Positions 22,653-34,960 of a DNA stretch of 64,000 nucleotides are shown piece by piece. The position numbers and the translations under genes are program-made. The stretch spans positions 248,001 to 312,000 of the forward strand of contig JALMLS010000488.1 of NCBI GenBank assembly GCA_038496445.1, written 5' to 3'. The DNA is from Trichosphaerium sp. ATCC 40318 (Eukaryota > Protista > Tubulinea). Position 1 is the stretch's first letter; every line of letters begins with the position of its first letter. The notes below the pieces were generated by a model. It was given only the letters and a program-made list of their open reading frames with translations. It was not told the origin of the DNA and did no database searches.

Positions 22653-25600
22653 TTAAATTTGCAAGAGGCTTCCTAATGGTACGTTCAACAAAAGCTTCAA
22701 AATAGCTAAAGTGTACTTCACTGATGCCTAAAAAAAATAAAACAAGTAAGCACGTGCTCGGAAAATCAGGTCTAGGTACACCGTACCAGTTCTTTCCCCG
22801 TTATCGAATCTCTCATGGAAATATCAACTGGTTTTTCGTTACAACCTATATCGTAGTATCTACCATCATATGCGTTTGCTTTACCGTACGCCAAGTTAGA
22901 AAAAATCTAACAGCTACCATAAGAAAAATTTTCATTACATTTATTCCACTACCTTTTCATTCGCGATGTAGATGTCTACTGAGCTTCCAGGTACTAAGTT
23001 CACGAAAACCGCACCGTTATAACACTTGGCGCGCGAGAATATTACCATTGAGGCCAAGAACACGAACAATACCTTTGTGTTTATCATGTTTAACATGGGT
23101 GGTTACAATGTCTGTGGTTAAGTCAAAGGAACTGGAATCCGGATTAAAGATATTTGCAGAGTTCCCATTATGTTCTCAGTTGTCAAGGTTGTGGCGTGCT
23201 GTAGGAAAAGAAGACGCACGTGTTACCTCTTATTGTTGGCAAGTGCTGCAGATAATTGGGAAAGTATTTGAAGACTTGTTCTAAATCTTAATGCTACAAG
23301 TTTTTATTTTACTCTATTTTACATTTTATCTTTATCCTTATCAGTGAAAAAACTGGTTGGCCGCATTAACCACGAACCACGTTTTTCTTTTGGTGTTAAA
23401 CCTTCCTTACTAGTACGAAGCATTGCGCGTACTCGTGGTCTAGTAAGAAGTGGTGTAACATTAGAAGTGTTCATTGGTCTTTGTGTTGAAGACCTTTTTG
23501 CTGTTCTCCTCCTTTTAGATACCCTGTTTATTCTCCCCGTTGTTCCACCGAAACGACCCTTGTCTTCCGGCCTGAGCTTCCTTTGAGACCACCGCTACTC
23601 GCCTGTTAACTTTATTATTACGGCCGTATGAAAAAAACAATTGAATAAAAGTTGTTTTTCATGACCGTGTTTTTTTTTTCTAAGTGCTTTAAACTATTAT
23701 GTCGTACCTTATTAACATTTGATGTCACACTAACGTGTTTCTTAGTTCGCGCTGGTACTTTTAAGCGCCATGTGATCACTTGGGAAAAAGTGTTAGTCAA
23801 TCATACTTATCAAAGTAGTCAAGATGAAAAATCACGTGATTCTTTTTTTTTTTTGAGGAAGTTCTCACGTGGCATCAAACGTTATGATATGTCCCATTAA
23901 ATTATCAAGAACATACCTTCATCGTTATTTTTAAGTATATACACTGTGTTTCCTTTCAAATGACAAGCCCTTTTGTGATAAATTAGAACACGTGATCTTG
24001 AGACGAGAAAAAACTTCTGAGTAAATTAAATGACTTTTATCGTACTTGATACGCTTTCCAATATGAAAAGTAGACGTAGGAGTACAATCAGGGCGTTCCA
24101 AGTCCCACCAGGATACATCTAAACAGTAGCGTAAGAATAATTAAAAAAATCAAGTGTTCAACTTTTACCTTCTTTAGTTGCGGCTACTACAACTTCAGAC
24201 GAATAGAATGCTACCCATATAACAGGTAATCCAATACTAGAATATCATAATTTAGCGAAAACTACATCGTATGCTGCCTCCAAAAACCGTCATGACGTAC
24301 CCTCTTTGTGCAGCAATCTTTATGTTTTTCTTGTTGTTAACTTTGCTAAATTTTCCAACACTTCCTCTTCTTTGGCTTTTACGGTGTTTCTTATCCGTGA
24401 ATGTCTCCGAGTTTAATAGAACGTTCTTGCTCTTTCCAAAATACAACGTTCTGTAATGTGGCTTTGTAGGTTTTTTTATCAACGTTATTGTTCCAAGAGC
24501 GCCTAAAAAAACAAACAAGGCGAAATCAATACCCGAAACGATCAAACAGTTTTTACAGAAAAAGTTATTGCCTTTATTCGAAAATAAAAAAAAACGTACC
24601 AATGGCGATAGTCGACTTCCTGAAAGCGAAACAACGTATACCAGCCTCCCACTCAGGTAATTCTATTTTAGTAGGTCCTACATTACCACCATGAGCAAAA
24701 AAGACGAAGGTTTTGTTTGTTTTTACTTTTTTTTTTGAACTTACTTGAACGTTTTGACTTTATCCTCCAAACATAAAGTTCTTGGCTTGTATAACCTACC
24801 CACGCGTTAACAAAAAAAAAATCTGTATTTCGTAAAGGCGAACCTGCTACATATTTTTCCAATAGTGTTGTTGCTCTGAACGGCGTTTCTAGCTCAAATG
24901 CGCTTGTCTTCAGCCTACGAGGATCTTTATTAACAAACGTGACAACATACAGCAAAAGCCACTATAAAATTAAAGTGTGAATTCTAACGTACTTTTCAGT
25001 ACTCCCTTGCTGCACACAGGTCCCAAGCGAGATATCCCAAACTTGAAAAGCGTCGAATGAGGCCAAAAGGAGCATATTACCCTAACCACGTAAGTCACGT
25101 GATTAAAAAAAGGAAATGAATCCTAATTTAAAAATAGACAAATGCATGTAAGGCATACTCTTAGACGTGACAATGACTCTTTCGGGCTTGGAGGGTATTG
25201 AACGCTTCCTTGTTTCCAAACCATTGGAGATAAACATCCAGAGACACTTGATTTGGCGTCGTTTACAATCTTGGAGGTACTAGAGTAGAGTGAGTTTGAA
25301 ATGTATAAAGTTATAAATAAAAGCGAAAATAAAAATTGCCCAAAAAGATGTTACTCGCCATAAAAGACTCTACATAAAATAAAAGTGCCTCCAATGGTGT
25401 ATTTAAGAGAATAGTTTTAACGTACTCCACTATTATAAATCCCTGTTCCAATACGAGGCAAACTTTAGATTTCTCAACAACGACGGTAAGAACATGTGCG
25501 TTTGCGAAACCAAGGTCTGATTGATCAATCTCTACTTTTTTCCGTGTTTCCATGTTATATACCACCAGTACGAATTGAGACAGCTCGTTTTTATGAAAAG

Positions 25601-25829
25601 ATATCATTTGTTTACCGTACAGATGCCATAGTAGAACCGGGGTTGTTTTAAAGTCTACGAAATGCAAATTTTTTTCGTGTACGCTGTAAATAACATATGT
25701 CCCAGTTTCTTTATATGTAGCTACCACGTGACCTTGTTCTACTATACTAACTGATTGCAATCTGTAGTTCTTTGTGTTGTGGATATACTTTGGAAGCTTC
25801 TTTGATATAGAATGAGTTTTGCGACTCAT
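22653..25829 (-). CDS. Multi-exon divergent WD40-like protein; 3' end uncertain
   Basis: First exon MSRKTHSISKKLP...; internal exons LLLASFDAFQVWDISLGTC and DVSWWDLERP; successive GT-AG exons down to ~22.65 kb. Confidence 0.5.
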
Positions 25830-26669
25830 TTCTTGTTTTAGTTCTCCGGTGAAGGTGTTTTCAGCTCATCGGAAGGGTTTTTTTTTTTTTTTTTTAAGGT
25901 ATGGCGACATTAAGCCTTGCAGTTGTGGCCGTCACACTCCGATGCTATTTAGAGTGACATGGCTATTTAAAGACGCTAGGAAACAGAGACGTTAAGGACT
26001 ACACACTTTGCGCGAATACTGCACTTTGTGCACGTGATATCCACAAAAGAATTTTCGAAAAAAAAAAAAGTAGACGTCGTGTATTATCGCTTTATCGCTG
26101 TTGTTACGTTAAGATATAACATCATTTTACAATAGGGACTTTAAATAAACGTTTTGCTTTTAATACACGAATCATTTGTGATATAAGTTCCAAAAACCGC
26201 TAACGAACTACAGTATACTCACAAGCAACAAATTTTTTTCGTTTGTCGTAATGCCGTGTAGACACAAAAGTCCGAGTTTGGCGTTCATGCTCCGTGTGCT
26301 ACAGCTGGGTGATACTACAGTAGAATAATCGCTGAATAGGAAATACCAACTTCAGTTTTCACCTGCACGCCTACATGGATTTTTCTTTTTTTTTCATAGA
26401 AAGGTTTTGGGTCGTTGCTTCCGTCGTAACAAAGCCAACCCGGAAAAGTACCACTTACTTTTCTAAGGACCTTAAACTTTCGTGAAAAATACTGCGGCTC
26501 AAAGTGTGGACATATATGTGCGGCTCCATGATATTCACAACTTTTCTACACAAGAGTTTGTATTGGAAAGTAACTTACGCGATTGTACAGCATGAAATAT
26601 GAGGGTCTTTGTTTGGCAACAATTTCAAAAATCATGTGTTATGGAGAACTAAGGTTAAATGACTTTTAT

Positions 26670-28082
26670 TTAAGATACATATACACCGCGCTTGCGTAGG
26701 ATCTCTATGTATTCTTTACTGACATTGGTACCAGTATTCAAATGAATATGACGTAAACATACCAAAGCTTTAATACCTTCATCTGTTACTCCAGAACAAC
26801 CTTGTACATCGATCGTGTGTACACTTGACAACGCTTTAATACCTGAATCGCTCACCTTTGTGAACGCGACTCTGATGTCGTGTACGCCAGCCAACGCCTT
26901 GATACCTTCATCTGTTATTCTAGTGCAATATGTCAAGGTGATATTGTGTACACCAGACAACGCTTTGATGCCATAATCGCTCACAGATGTGAACGATAAA
27001 TTGATCGTATGCACACCGCCCAATGCCATTACACCGAGGTCTGATATGTCACCACAATTCCTCAAGTAGATTGTGTGTACACCTGACAATGCTTTGAGGC
27101 CTTCATTGCGTATGTTGGTGTAAGATAAATTAATTTCATGTACACCGGCTAGCGCCATGATACCTTTGTCTGTTATTTGTTTACAACGCTGCAAATAGAT
27201 TGTGTGTACACCAGCCAAAGCTTTGATGCCTTCATCATGTACGTTTACACACCCATTGAGGTTGATTTGGTGTACGCCAGCTAACGCTTTGATACCTTCA
27301 TCAGAAATGTTTTTGCAATCCACCAAAACAGCATTTTGAACTCCTGCCAGCGCCTTTAGCCCTGTGTCTGTCACTTTTGTGTGTGACATATCAATTTCTT
27401 GTACGCCAGCCAATGCTTGTACGCCCTCATCTGTAATCGAGTAACATCTGGACAAGTATATTACTTGTACACCAGCCAATGGTTTTAAGCCTTCATCTGT
27501 TATTTTAGTACAACACAAGTCGATAGTGTGTACACCTGACAGTTCTTTGATGCCTTCATCTATTAAAGGGCATTCGCAACTTGTCAAGTAAAGAGTGTGC
27601 ACGCCTGCCAATGATTTGATACCTTCACTCGTTATTTGATTACAACGACTCAAGTTGATAGTATGTACGCCAGATAATGCCTTTAAACCTGAGTCTCTCA
27701 CGTCTGTGTGAGATAAATCAATCTCGTGGACACCTATCAATGCACTGATGCCTTTGTGCGTTACTCCTAAACAGCCGCTCAAGTCTATAGTGTGTACGCC
27801 CGCAAGTAAGTCCAATTGGCTATCGTTGGCAGTACTACAAATACCAAAGAGCGAGATGTGTGTGTTCTGAAGTAAAGGGCTCCCAGAAAGCATCAGCAAT
27901 TGATTTTCGTTTGAGACACATATTTCTTTGTATCCAACGTGGTTATGTACGATATCATGCATAAGGTGGCAAGTTTGTGCTGAACGTAAAGTAAAGGTCC
28001 CACATTTCAAGATATGAACTATTGTTTCTACTGGTAGTGCGAGGAGCCCAAATATTTCAGTATCTGCTTCGTCATGCTGCAT
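26670..28082 (-). CDS. Intronless F-box-like/LRR protein (470 aa); copy B
   Basis: Colinear, highly similar paralog of 9336-10748. Confidence 0.9.
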   Translation of the reverse strand: MQHDEADTEIFGLLALPVETIVHILKCGTFTLRSAQTCHLMHDIVHNHVGYKEICVSNENQLLMLSGSPLLQNTHISLFGICSTANDSQLDLLAGVHTIDLSGCLGVTHKGISALIGVHEIDLSHTDVRDSGLKALSGVHTINLSRCNQITSEGIKSLAGVHTLYLTSCECPLIDEGIKELSGVHTIDLCCTKITDEGLKPLAGVQVIYLSRCYSITDEGVQALAGVQEIDMSHTKVTDTGLKALAGVQNAVLVDCKNISDEGIKALAGVHQINLNGCVNVHDEGIKALAGVHTIYLQRCKQITDKGIMALAGVHEINLSYTNIRNEGLKALSGVHTIYLRNCGDISDLGVMALGGVHTINLSFTSVSDYGIKALSGVHNITLTYCTRITDEGIKALAGVHDIRVAFTKVSDSGIKALSSVHTIDVQGCSGVTDEGIKALVCLRHIHLNTGTNVSKEYIEILRKRGVYVS

Positions 28083-28488
28083 TTTGCAAAAACGTGTGGA
28101 AAAAAGTAAAAACGACTTAAGTGTACAAGTTAAGCCTTAAAAAAAATATCGACAATGATAGAGATCTTACTTTTCTGGCTACAAACCGGTTACCGTTTAG
28201 GTTATGAAAACCAGTTAACATCAACTTCTTATTTGGGCAGCATGCTTTTGAGCCAGTTTCTAATTTTTGAAACAGGCTCAAGGGTCGGAAGTAGTGCAAT
28301 TACACTAGTTTTTGGAAGAGTTCCTTTGGATATGTCAAGTACTTTAGCGCCAAGGGCCTTTAAATTTTGGAAGATAGGAATTACTTGAGCGCTTTTTTAG
28401 ACAATTTCAATGGCTGGTACGTTTTTTTTTATGGATGAAGGTGTGGTTTTTATTTTGATGATACATCATAACATACGACTCTAAGTTG

Positions 28489-29060
28489 TTACTTTGCAGT
28501 GACATCAGATTCCTTTGAAACACCACCCCATTTGGAGTAGTCAACTTCAAACTTAGGAGCCAATTGGAAGATACCATGGAAGTTTTGTTTTGGCATGTCC
28601 TTGTCGAGTTTTGGGAATGCGAACTTGAATCCTCTGCTCTTCGTTCTAAAAAACAATGGTGAGTTGACACTGGTGAGGTGAAAAAATATAAAAAGGTTTA
28701 GAGTTGGATCAGAAGAGCTGATTTTGATAAAGACAAAATACATGAACGACCAGTTTTATTCATTGATCAAAAAAATAAGATGTAGAAAGTTGTTTGTGCT
28801 TTGAGAACGTACTTTCCAGCAGGGATATGACCGAAATCGAGTGTAACTTTATCGAGATCACCGTGACCACCGCATGTCATAACCTCAGAGTGGAATGGAG
28901 AGTCTTCATCAACATCGACATAAGCCAAGCAGTCGGTGATTGGAATTGGAAGCTTGTTGGTGAACTTTACTTTACAACAGTATGTTGTCTTGTCATCGAG
29001 GTTTGCTGGTACGTCGTACTCAACCTTAACGCAGCCGTCTTCAACGCAGATAGAAGTCAT
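28489..29060 (-). CDS. Two-exon ~134 aa hypothetical protein; copy B
   Basis: Paralog of 6537-7107. By eye the protein differs only at GGSGD versus GGHGD. Confidence 0.85.
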
Positions 29061-30068
29061 TATTTTAGTGAGTGAGTTGTGGGTTTGTTTGGGGTTGTAA
29101 CTGAGATATGAACCTAAGTAATACAAAGAAGTTAAGTTTCTGAATTCTGAAAACTGCGTTCCTGGCGTTTAGTGATCGTTGACACTTTAAACTAGAACGC
29201 CGTCATATTGCTACTATACCCTTGTAAGCAACCGACGGCAGAAAAGTACCTTTTCTCAAACAGTTAAGTGAAACATTGTAGATCGGCGGTTTTTTGATAA
29301 ATATTCTGTAGCTTGTGCCAAAAAAACTACTGGCGTTTTGTGATTACTGACATCTACTCAAAACAAAACGCCTCAGCGCTTAGAATAGACCTTTAGGACT
29401 CTAGGTGTATCACGTTATGTAGGTCGGTCGTGTCAATGCAGTACACTTTTAGAAATGAAGTCAAACATGCTTGTAAGTTGTTACATGATAGCAGTTAGTT
29501 TGTAGTTCAGTGTTATTGTAGTTTTTGAGTACTTCAAAACCAATGTTATAACAACAACTGACGCAACTAAGGTTTTTTTTACTTGTCATCTATCGACGTA
29601 GACGTTGTTTCTTGCGCCTACAAGAAAGGTATTTTTGAAACATGCTTTGGCTTCAACTTTAACAAATTAGTTTACCACTATAGCATCCTAATTCTTCAAT
29701 TTGGGACCATGGACTGCTATGGACGCACTTAAATTTTGTTACGAACTCACGGAATAGCTCAATAGATCATAGCAGCAATTTCTTTGCGTAAGGAAGTGGT
29801 CTCGACCGTATTTTGCTGTAGATGTACAAGCTATACTTCCTTATATCTCATTCTATCCATAACAATGCCAAGAGTATCAAAAGTATTCCGTAAAAGGAGG
29901 ACAGCAATCTCCAAGATCACGATTTTATGCCTTAACTTCGATGTCACGTGAATAAAAACCAAAGTTAACACGCTCTGTGGTGAACGGAAAACGCTTGTGT
30001 ACCTGACAAGGTCTTTCTTCGCTCATTTTTTCACAAAAAACAAAGAAAACATACCAAACACATCAAGC

Positions 30069-31305
30069 ATGCGTCTGCTGACGCTTTTATTTATAATTTC
30101 AATATTATTGGGTCTTATAAACACACAATTGGCGCTTTCACGCGCTACCCAAATTGTAAGGATAGATTATCAACCTCCATTCGCCGAAAGAGGTACCTGA
30201 CTTGTTTTGTCGTTCTAGACAACTTTTTTTGGTTATGACTTACTGTTTCGTCCAAAGGATGCCCTGTTTTTAATGGAGCAGCGAGCAGTATACAACTGTA
30301 TGTATTATTTTACGTTTTATCACGTGATTTTTTTTTTGTATTCCGTGAGGGTGAACTAAATAATATCTCCGAGCAGAAAGAACTTCGATTCAGCTTACTA
30401 TGTTACAACTGGAATGGACTCAACTGTTTTTCGCATCGAGTTTGACCTTTGTACTAACACTGTACGGAGTTCAAGTGATATTTTTTAATTTTGACTTTTA
30501 ATTTCTTAGCAACAATGTACAGCGGATGCTGCTATAGGAGGATTTGATATTTTTGGCGGGTACAGAAAGTCTATCAATACGTTTTTTTATTCAAGTTTTT
30601 TCATAGAAATTTGCTTTGGTCAAGACAACCTTCTGATGGTGTTGATGTTGCTGCAATCGTTCAAATAGGCTTAGATGATGTAGCTTCATGTGCTACATCT
30701 ATAAAGTGCTTGGTGGATTTAGCAGAGATTGGCCCAAGTAAGTTTGGTATTAGTTGCTTACTAGGTTGTTAAACGTGCTAGTTGCCACAATGAATGAGCG
30801 TGAAGTATTTGCACTTTCAAAAACTTCAAGTGTTACAGGTTTCTCAGGTGTATTGCATCTTTGGGATTATCCTGATATACCAGGAGGTAACTGCATAAAT
30901 AGGCGCAGTTATTCTATTCCTGAAGCAAATTGCCTAGACCCTCAAGGTAAGATAAGGTTTGAAACAATAAATAGCTAAAAAGCAAATCACGTGTTTTCTT
31001 AACATTTTTTTGCCTATCATGGTACATCTCTGACTTGGTTGTTAGATATTTCAAGACTTAATGGTGATATCGTGGGTATACTATGTAGAGACAATATTGT
31101 GATTGGATTTAATTTCAGAACACTTCGTTTTGCTGATGAAACATTTCCTGGATTTAGTATTAATCCTCTGGCTCCAGCTTTTTCATTTGATGTTATATTT
31201 CCAAGGACAGAAGAAGAAAGAAGTTCTATTCGATTAATCCGTAGAGAATCAATTGTGTTGGAACCACCACCAGAGAAATTGCACTCCATTGAAGAAGAGC
31301 TTTAG
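30069..31305 (+). CDS. Multi-exon secreted hypothetical protein
   Basis: Signal-peptide-like MRLLTLLFIISILLGLINTQ; a series of GT-AG exons ending at ...KLHSIEEEL*. Confidence 0.65.
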
Positions 31306-31546
31306 AAATGTCAAAATAAGTAGCTCAACCTTTTTTTTTCTGGACCTCTTTTGACACTCTTGTTAGAAATACATAACTTATACACCTTCTATTAAAACCA
31401 TAATTTAAGAATAACGTCCAGCGCATACTGAGTAATATATCACTTACGCATCATTCTTGCTGAAGCTCGAGCGCTAGGTTTCACGTCACAGTCAAACATA
31501 TTCTATGTTATTTTTCAATAGAACTCAAAGCTCACGTGATATTTCG

Positions 31547-32496
31547 ATGTACTTTTCAACCCTGAGTTTCGTTCTAACGTGCATCGTCGTAGTATCAATA
31601 AATGCAGCGCCAATGCGTGGCATTGGTATTGCTGACCACTACAAGTGTGAAGACGTGGATACTCTCCAAACAAGTTGGTTTTACAACTGGTTTGGGACTC
31701 ACCCATGCCCAGGTAACCTTATTTTTCTGTTGAGTACTGTATGTACTGCTTTACTTATTTGACCAAATGTAACGAATTTAGGACAAACCAAAATACCTTG
31801 GATACCAATGATATTCGGCGCAAAGGACATACATCTGACAGAAAAATTGAAAGGTCAGCTGACTTTTAAACTGCTTGTTTCTAATGAACACGTGCTTAGG
31901 TTCTAACTACGATGCTCTACTTGGATTCAACGAGCCAAACGCTCACAACCAAGCTAACATGACTGTACAAGAGGCTTTAGATTTATGGCCACAACTCATG
32001 GCGACAGGACTTCGTCTTGGTAGTCCAGCTGCTGCCGCTTTTGACAGAGGTGCTTTCACGTGGACTAAGCAATTCATGGACGGTGCAAAACAACGTGGGT
32101 ATAGAGTTGACTTTATCGCTCTTCATTGGTACATCAACAAGGGTCTCACGCTACAAACAATGAGAGAGTTCTTTCAAGAAGTAAGAACGACTTATCCTGG
32201 ATACAAAGTATGGTTGACTGAATTCGCAAACACAACTGGTACAATGCAAGAGAATATAGACTACTTCAATGGCGTCTATGATATGATTTCAGGAGAATTC
32301 TCGGATATTGTAGAACGGTACGAAAGAAAAGTAGTGACCTTCCTTGGTTTTTTTTACCGAAGTTAACACTTCAACAAGGTATGCTTGGTTTACGAGCAGA
32401 TGGAGTAATCATCCTGGAGATTACTATTTGATAGATGATAAAACTAATGGACTTACTGAAATAGGTCACGTATATGTTAGCAAGCCAAAGCAATAA
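31547..32496 (+). CDS. Secreted glycoside hydrolase family 128 (Glyco_hydro_cc; beta-1,3-glucanase-like)
   Basis: Signal peptide; SWFYNW, WIPMIFG, LLGFNEP (acid/base Glu), LRLGSPA, VDFIALHWY, VWLTEF (nucleophile Glu), ERYAWF. Confidence 0.9.
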
Positions 32497-32585
32497 AGAG
32501 AAAAACTAATCCAGTTTTTTTTTCCCTAATTTTAGTTGTTTTTTTTGTTCTTTACAAGTTTGACGTCTGTTTGGGTTTTTGTTTC

Positions 32586-33492
32586 CTAGGATGAATCCAC
32601 AGATAACTCTCCTACATCCATATCATCACCTTGATATGTTCCGGGGTTTCTATCAACAATAAGGCAAAGAAGTATTCAAAGAAGTGAAACAGTAAAAAAA
32701 AAGCAATAAAAAAAAATTAAATATTAATTCACATACCTGTCACCGCCAGCCCCGATTTGTTCTAGTATTGCTACTACCTCTGCTCTATTTTCTTTTTCTG
32801 CTAGTGCCAATGGTGTTTGTCCCTTCAAAAAATAAGCGAAAGACATGGATATAACAAAGACAAAAGCAATAGACTTACAAGTTTGTTTTCAATATTATAA
32901 TCTGCATTTGCTTCCAAAAGCAAAGAGCATACTTCACTTGAACTAAAAACGCTCATGTGTAGTGCTGTGTTACCATCATTATCCCTGATTATTATAATAA
33001 GTTGAAAACAGATATACTAGCTGAGAGACGCACTTGATGTCCGGATTGGCGTTTTGAGTGAGCAAGAATTTAACAGTGTCTAAATAATATATTACATATT
33101 GCTTGTTTTTGTTGTGTTTTTTATAAACACCTCACCTGCATGGTCTAGACCTGCAGCTATCATAAGAGCTGTTTGACCATTTCCTTCTGCTTTTAGTACA
33201 TTAGCAAAGTGGCAAATAATACAACCAGGAGCAATGAGCAAGAGTAAATTCAAAAACAATTTGTGGAGAATTATGAAAGAGTTTTTTGAAGTTTACGAAA
33301 GAACAAGAATTTGTGGAGTAGCGTACGAACACGTATATTTAAATCAGGCACAACACCTTCGCTTACCAACCTCTCCATGTCAATAAGGTTGCCTAAAAAC
33401 TGGAATTTAAAACAAATGTCTTCTAAGCAAACCATTGTACCTGTCTGTGCGTATGCTAAGAATCTCCATATGTCTGGGTGCCGGTGTGTCAT
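32586..33492 (-). CDS. Multi-exon ankyrin-repeat protein
   Basis: GQTALMIAA...TVKFLLTQNANPDIK, DGNTALHMS...LLEANADYNIENK, GQTPLALA. Confidence 0.85.
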
Positions 33493-33841
33493 CTAAGCAG
33501 TGTTTTTTTAAAAAAAAGGCGCGTAAAATCGCATTCACGTTATAAGGATAGCATTGGAGCGCGTAGAAAGTTTATTACAACGTAAAGCAAAATACCGTTG
33601 ATTTTGATGTAGCAATCTTTTAACAAAAATATGGCGTACGATCTACAGGGTGCTGTCCGCGCGCTTTTGCGTACACTTGTTGATGCCGGTATTACTTAAC
33701 AACCTTAAGCGCATTTGGCAGTAGAATAGCCACTGCGTTGCGAAGGGTAACTTTACGACGCGATAATAAGGAATATACAAGGTTATTTATGCATTTTTAT
33801 ACAAGAAAAGCAATCAAAGCTTTAGAAATGGTGCTATTCGT

Positions 33842-34593
33842 CTAAACAAGATATATTTCTTCTTTTGACTCGATATCTTGCCTACAAATAGGACACCTAC
33901 AACGAAAATACGTCAAAATCAACTCTAAAGCGTTCTTGTTTCGTTAAATCGTACCTGGTTATTTGTGAACTACAATCGACGCATAAACAAAGATGATTGC
34001 AAGGTTTCACAAGTATTTTAATTTTGTTGTCCATACAAACGCGGCACTCAATGGCTTGGTTGCGTTCGCTTTCTATTATCTTACGTGTCTACGCTTGAAT
34101 TAGAAACAATAGTTATTTTTGCCTTTCTAGTGGTTTTTGCAGAGTCTGTTTTGCTACCTTTTCTGATTTTACCGCTTTAAGGGCTACTCGCAGCGATTCC
34201 TCTAACCCGTCTAGTTCTTCAACGTGAAGAAATTTCAGAACATCTTTATCTCCACGCAATGCTGCTATTTCTGCCTTCAGGTACCTATTCTGCGCCTTGA
34301 TCTGTTGTATAGTGGCCGTAGCGTATCTTGACCTGTTTTTAACGTAAGTGGAATTTGTGTTAGCGTGAAACGTGCTTTGCGTTTGATAGGTCAATTTGTT
34401 CGCCTAGATTGGCTACTAAATTGTTGTATTCTTCAAGTAATTCTGTATTTGCGCTAATGCGTCCACTGAGCTTGTCAACCGTTCTGTATAGAGTCTATAT
34501 ACAAGTTACATGCTGTAGGCTTGTTTTCAGGCATACCGAGTTTTGGAGCTTCAGTTGCGCGTTTTCATAGCACATGTAGTGTTGATCTGCCAT
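33842..34593 (-). CDS. Coiled-coil + C-terminal C3HC4 RING finger protein (putative E3 ligase)
   Basis: CRVCMDNKIKILVKPCNHLCLCVDCSSQIT-RCPICRQDI, preceded by heptad repeats. Confidence 0.85.
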
Positions 34594-34960
34594 TAGTATG
34601 TACAACGAAGCGTTTTGTTTCTTAATGAAAACAGTTCACACTTTTACCGCGTTTTTCGACGGTAATTTAACCCCCTAAAGCCGCCACCAGCTGTTTGCTT
34701 TCCCTTTGCGTTAAGCAAACAGAAAAGCGTTCAAAACGGCCTAAGTTGTCTCACCCAGTTTTCAACAAACCATCAAAAACTCAGAAAGTGGCCACGGCTT
34801 AACAAGTTTTCTTTTCGTGCAATGTGGTTGAATAGCGCGTTTCTTTATTGTTTGCGTTGATTAAACAAAATTTCGCTTAAACTACGATCAAAATTTATTC
34901 ATAACATTCGCAACGCACTGTACTATCTAATTTGAGCGCCTTTTGGCCATTTGAAATGTA

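Larger units (their letters stand above)
26660..29290 (-). repeat. Right arm of the inverted segmental duplication
   Basis: Reverse complement of the left-arm blocks. Only ~250 bp separates the two shared blocks here versus ~2.1 kb in the left arm. Confidence 0.9.
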
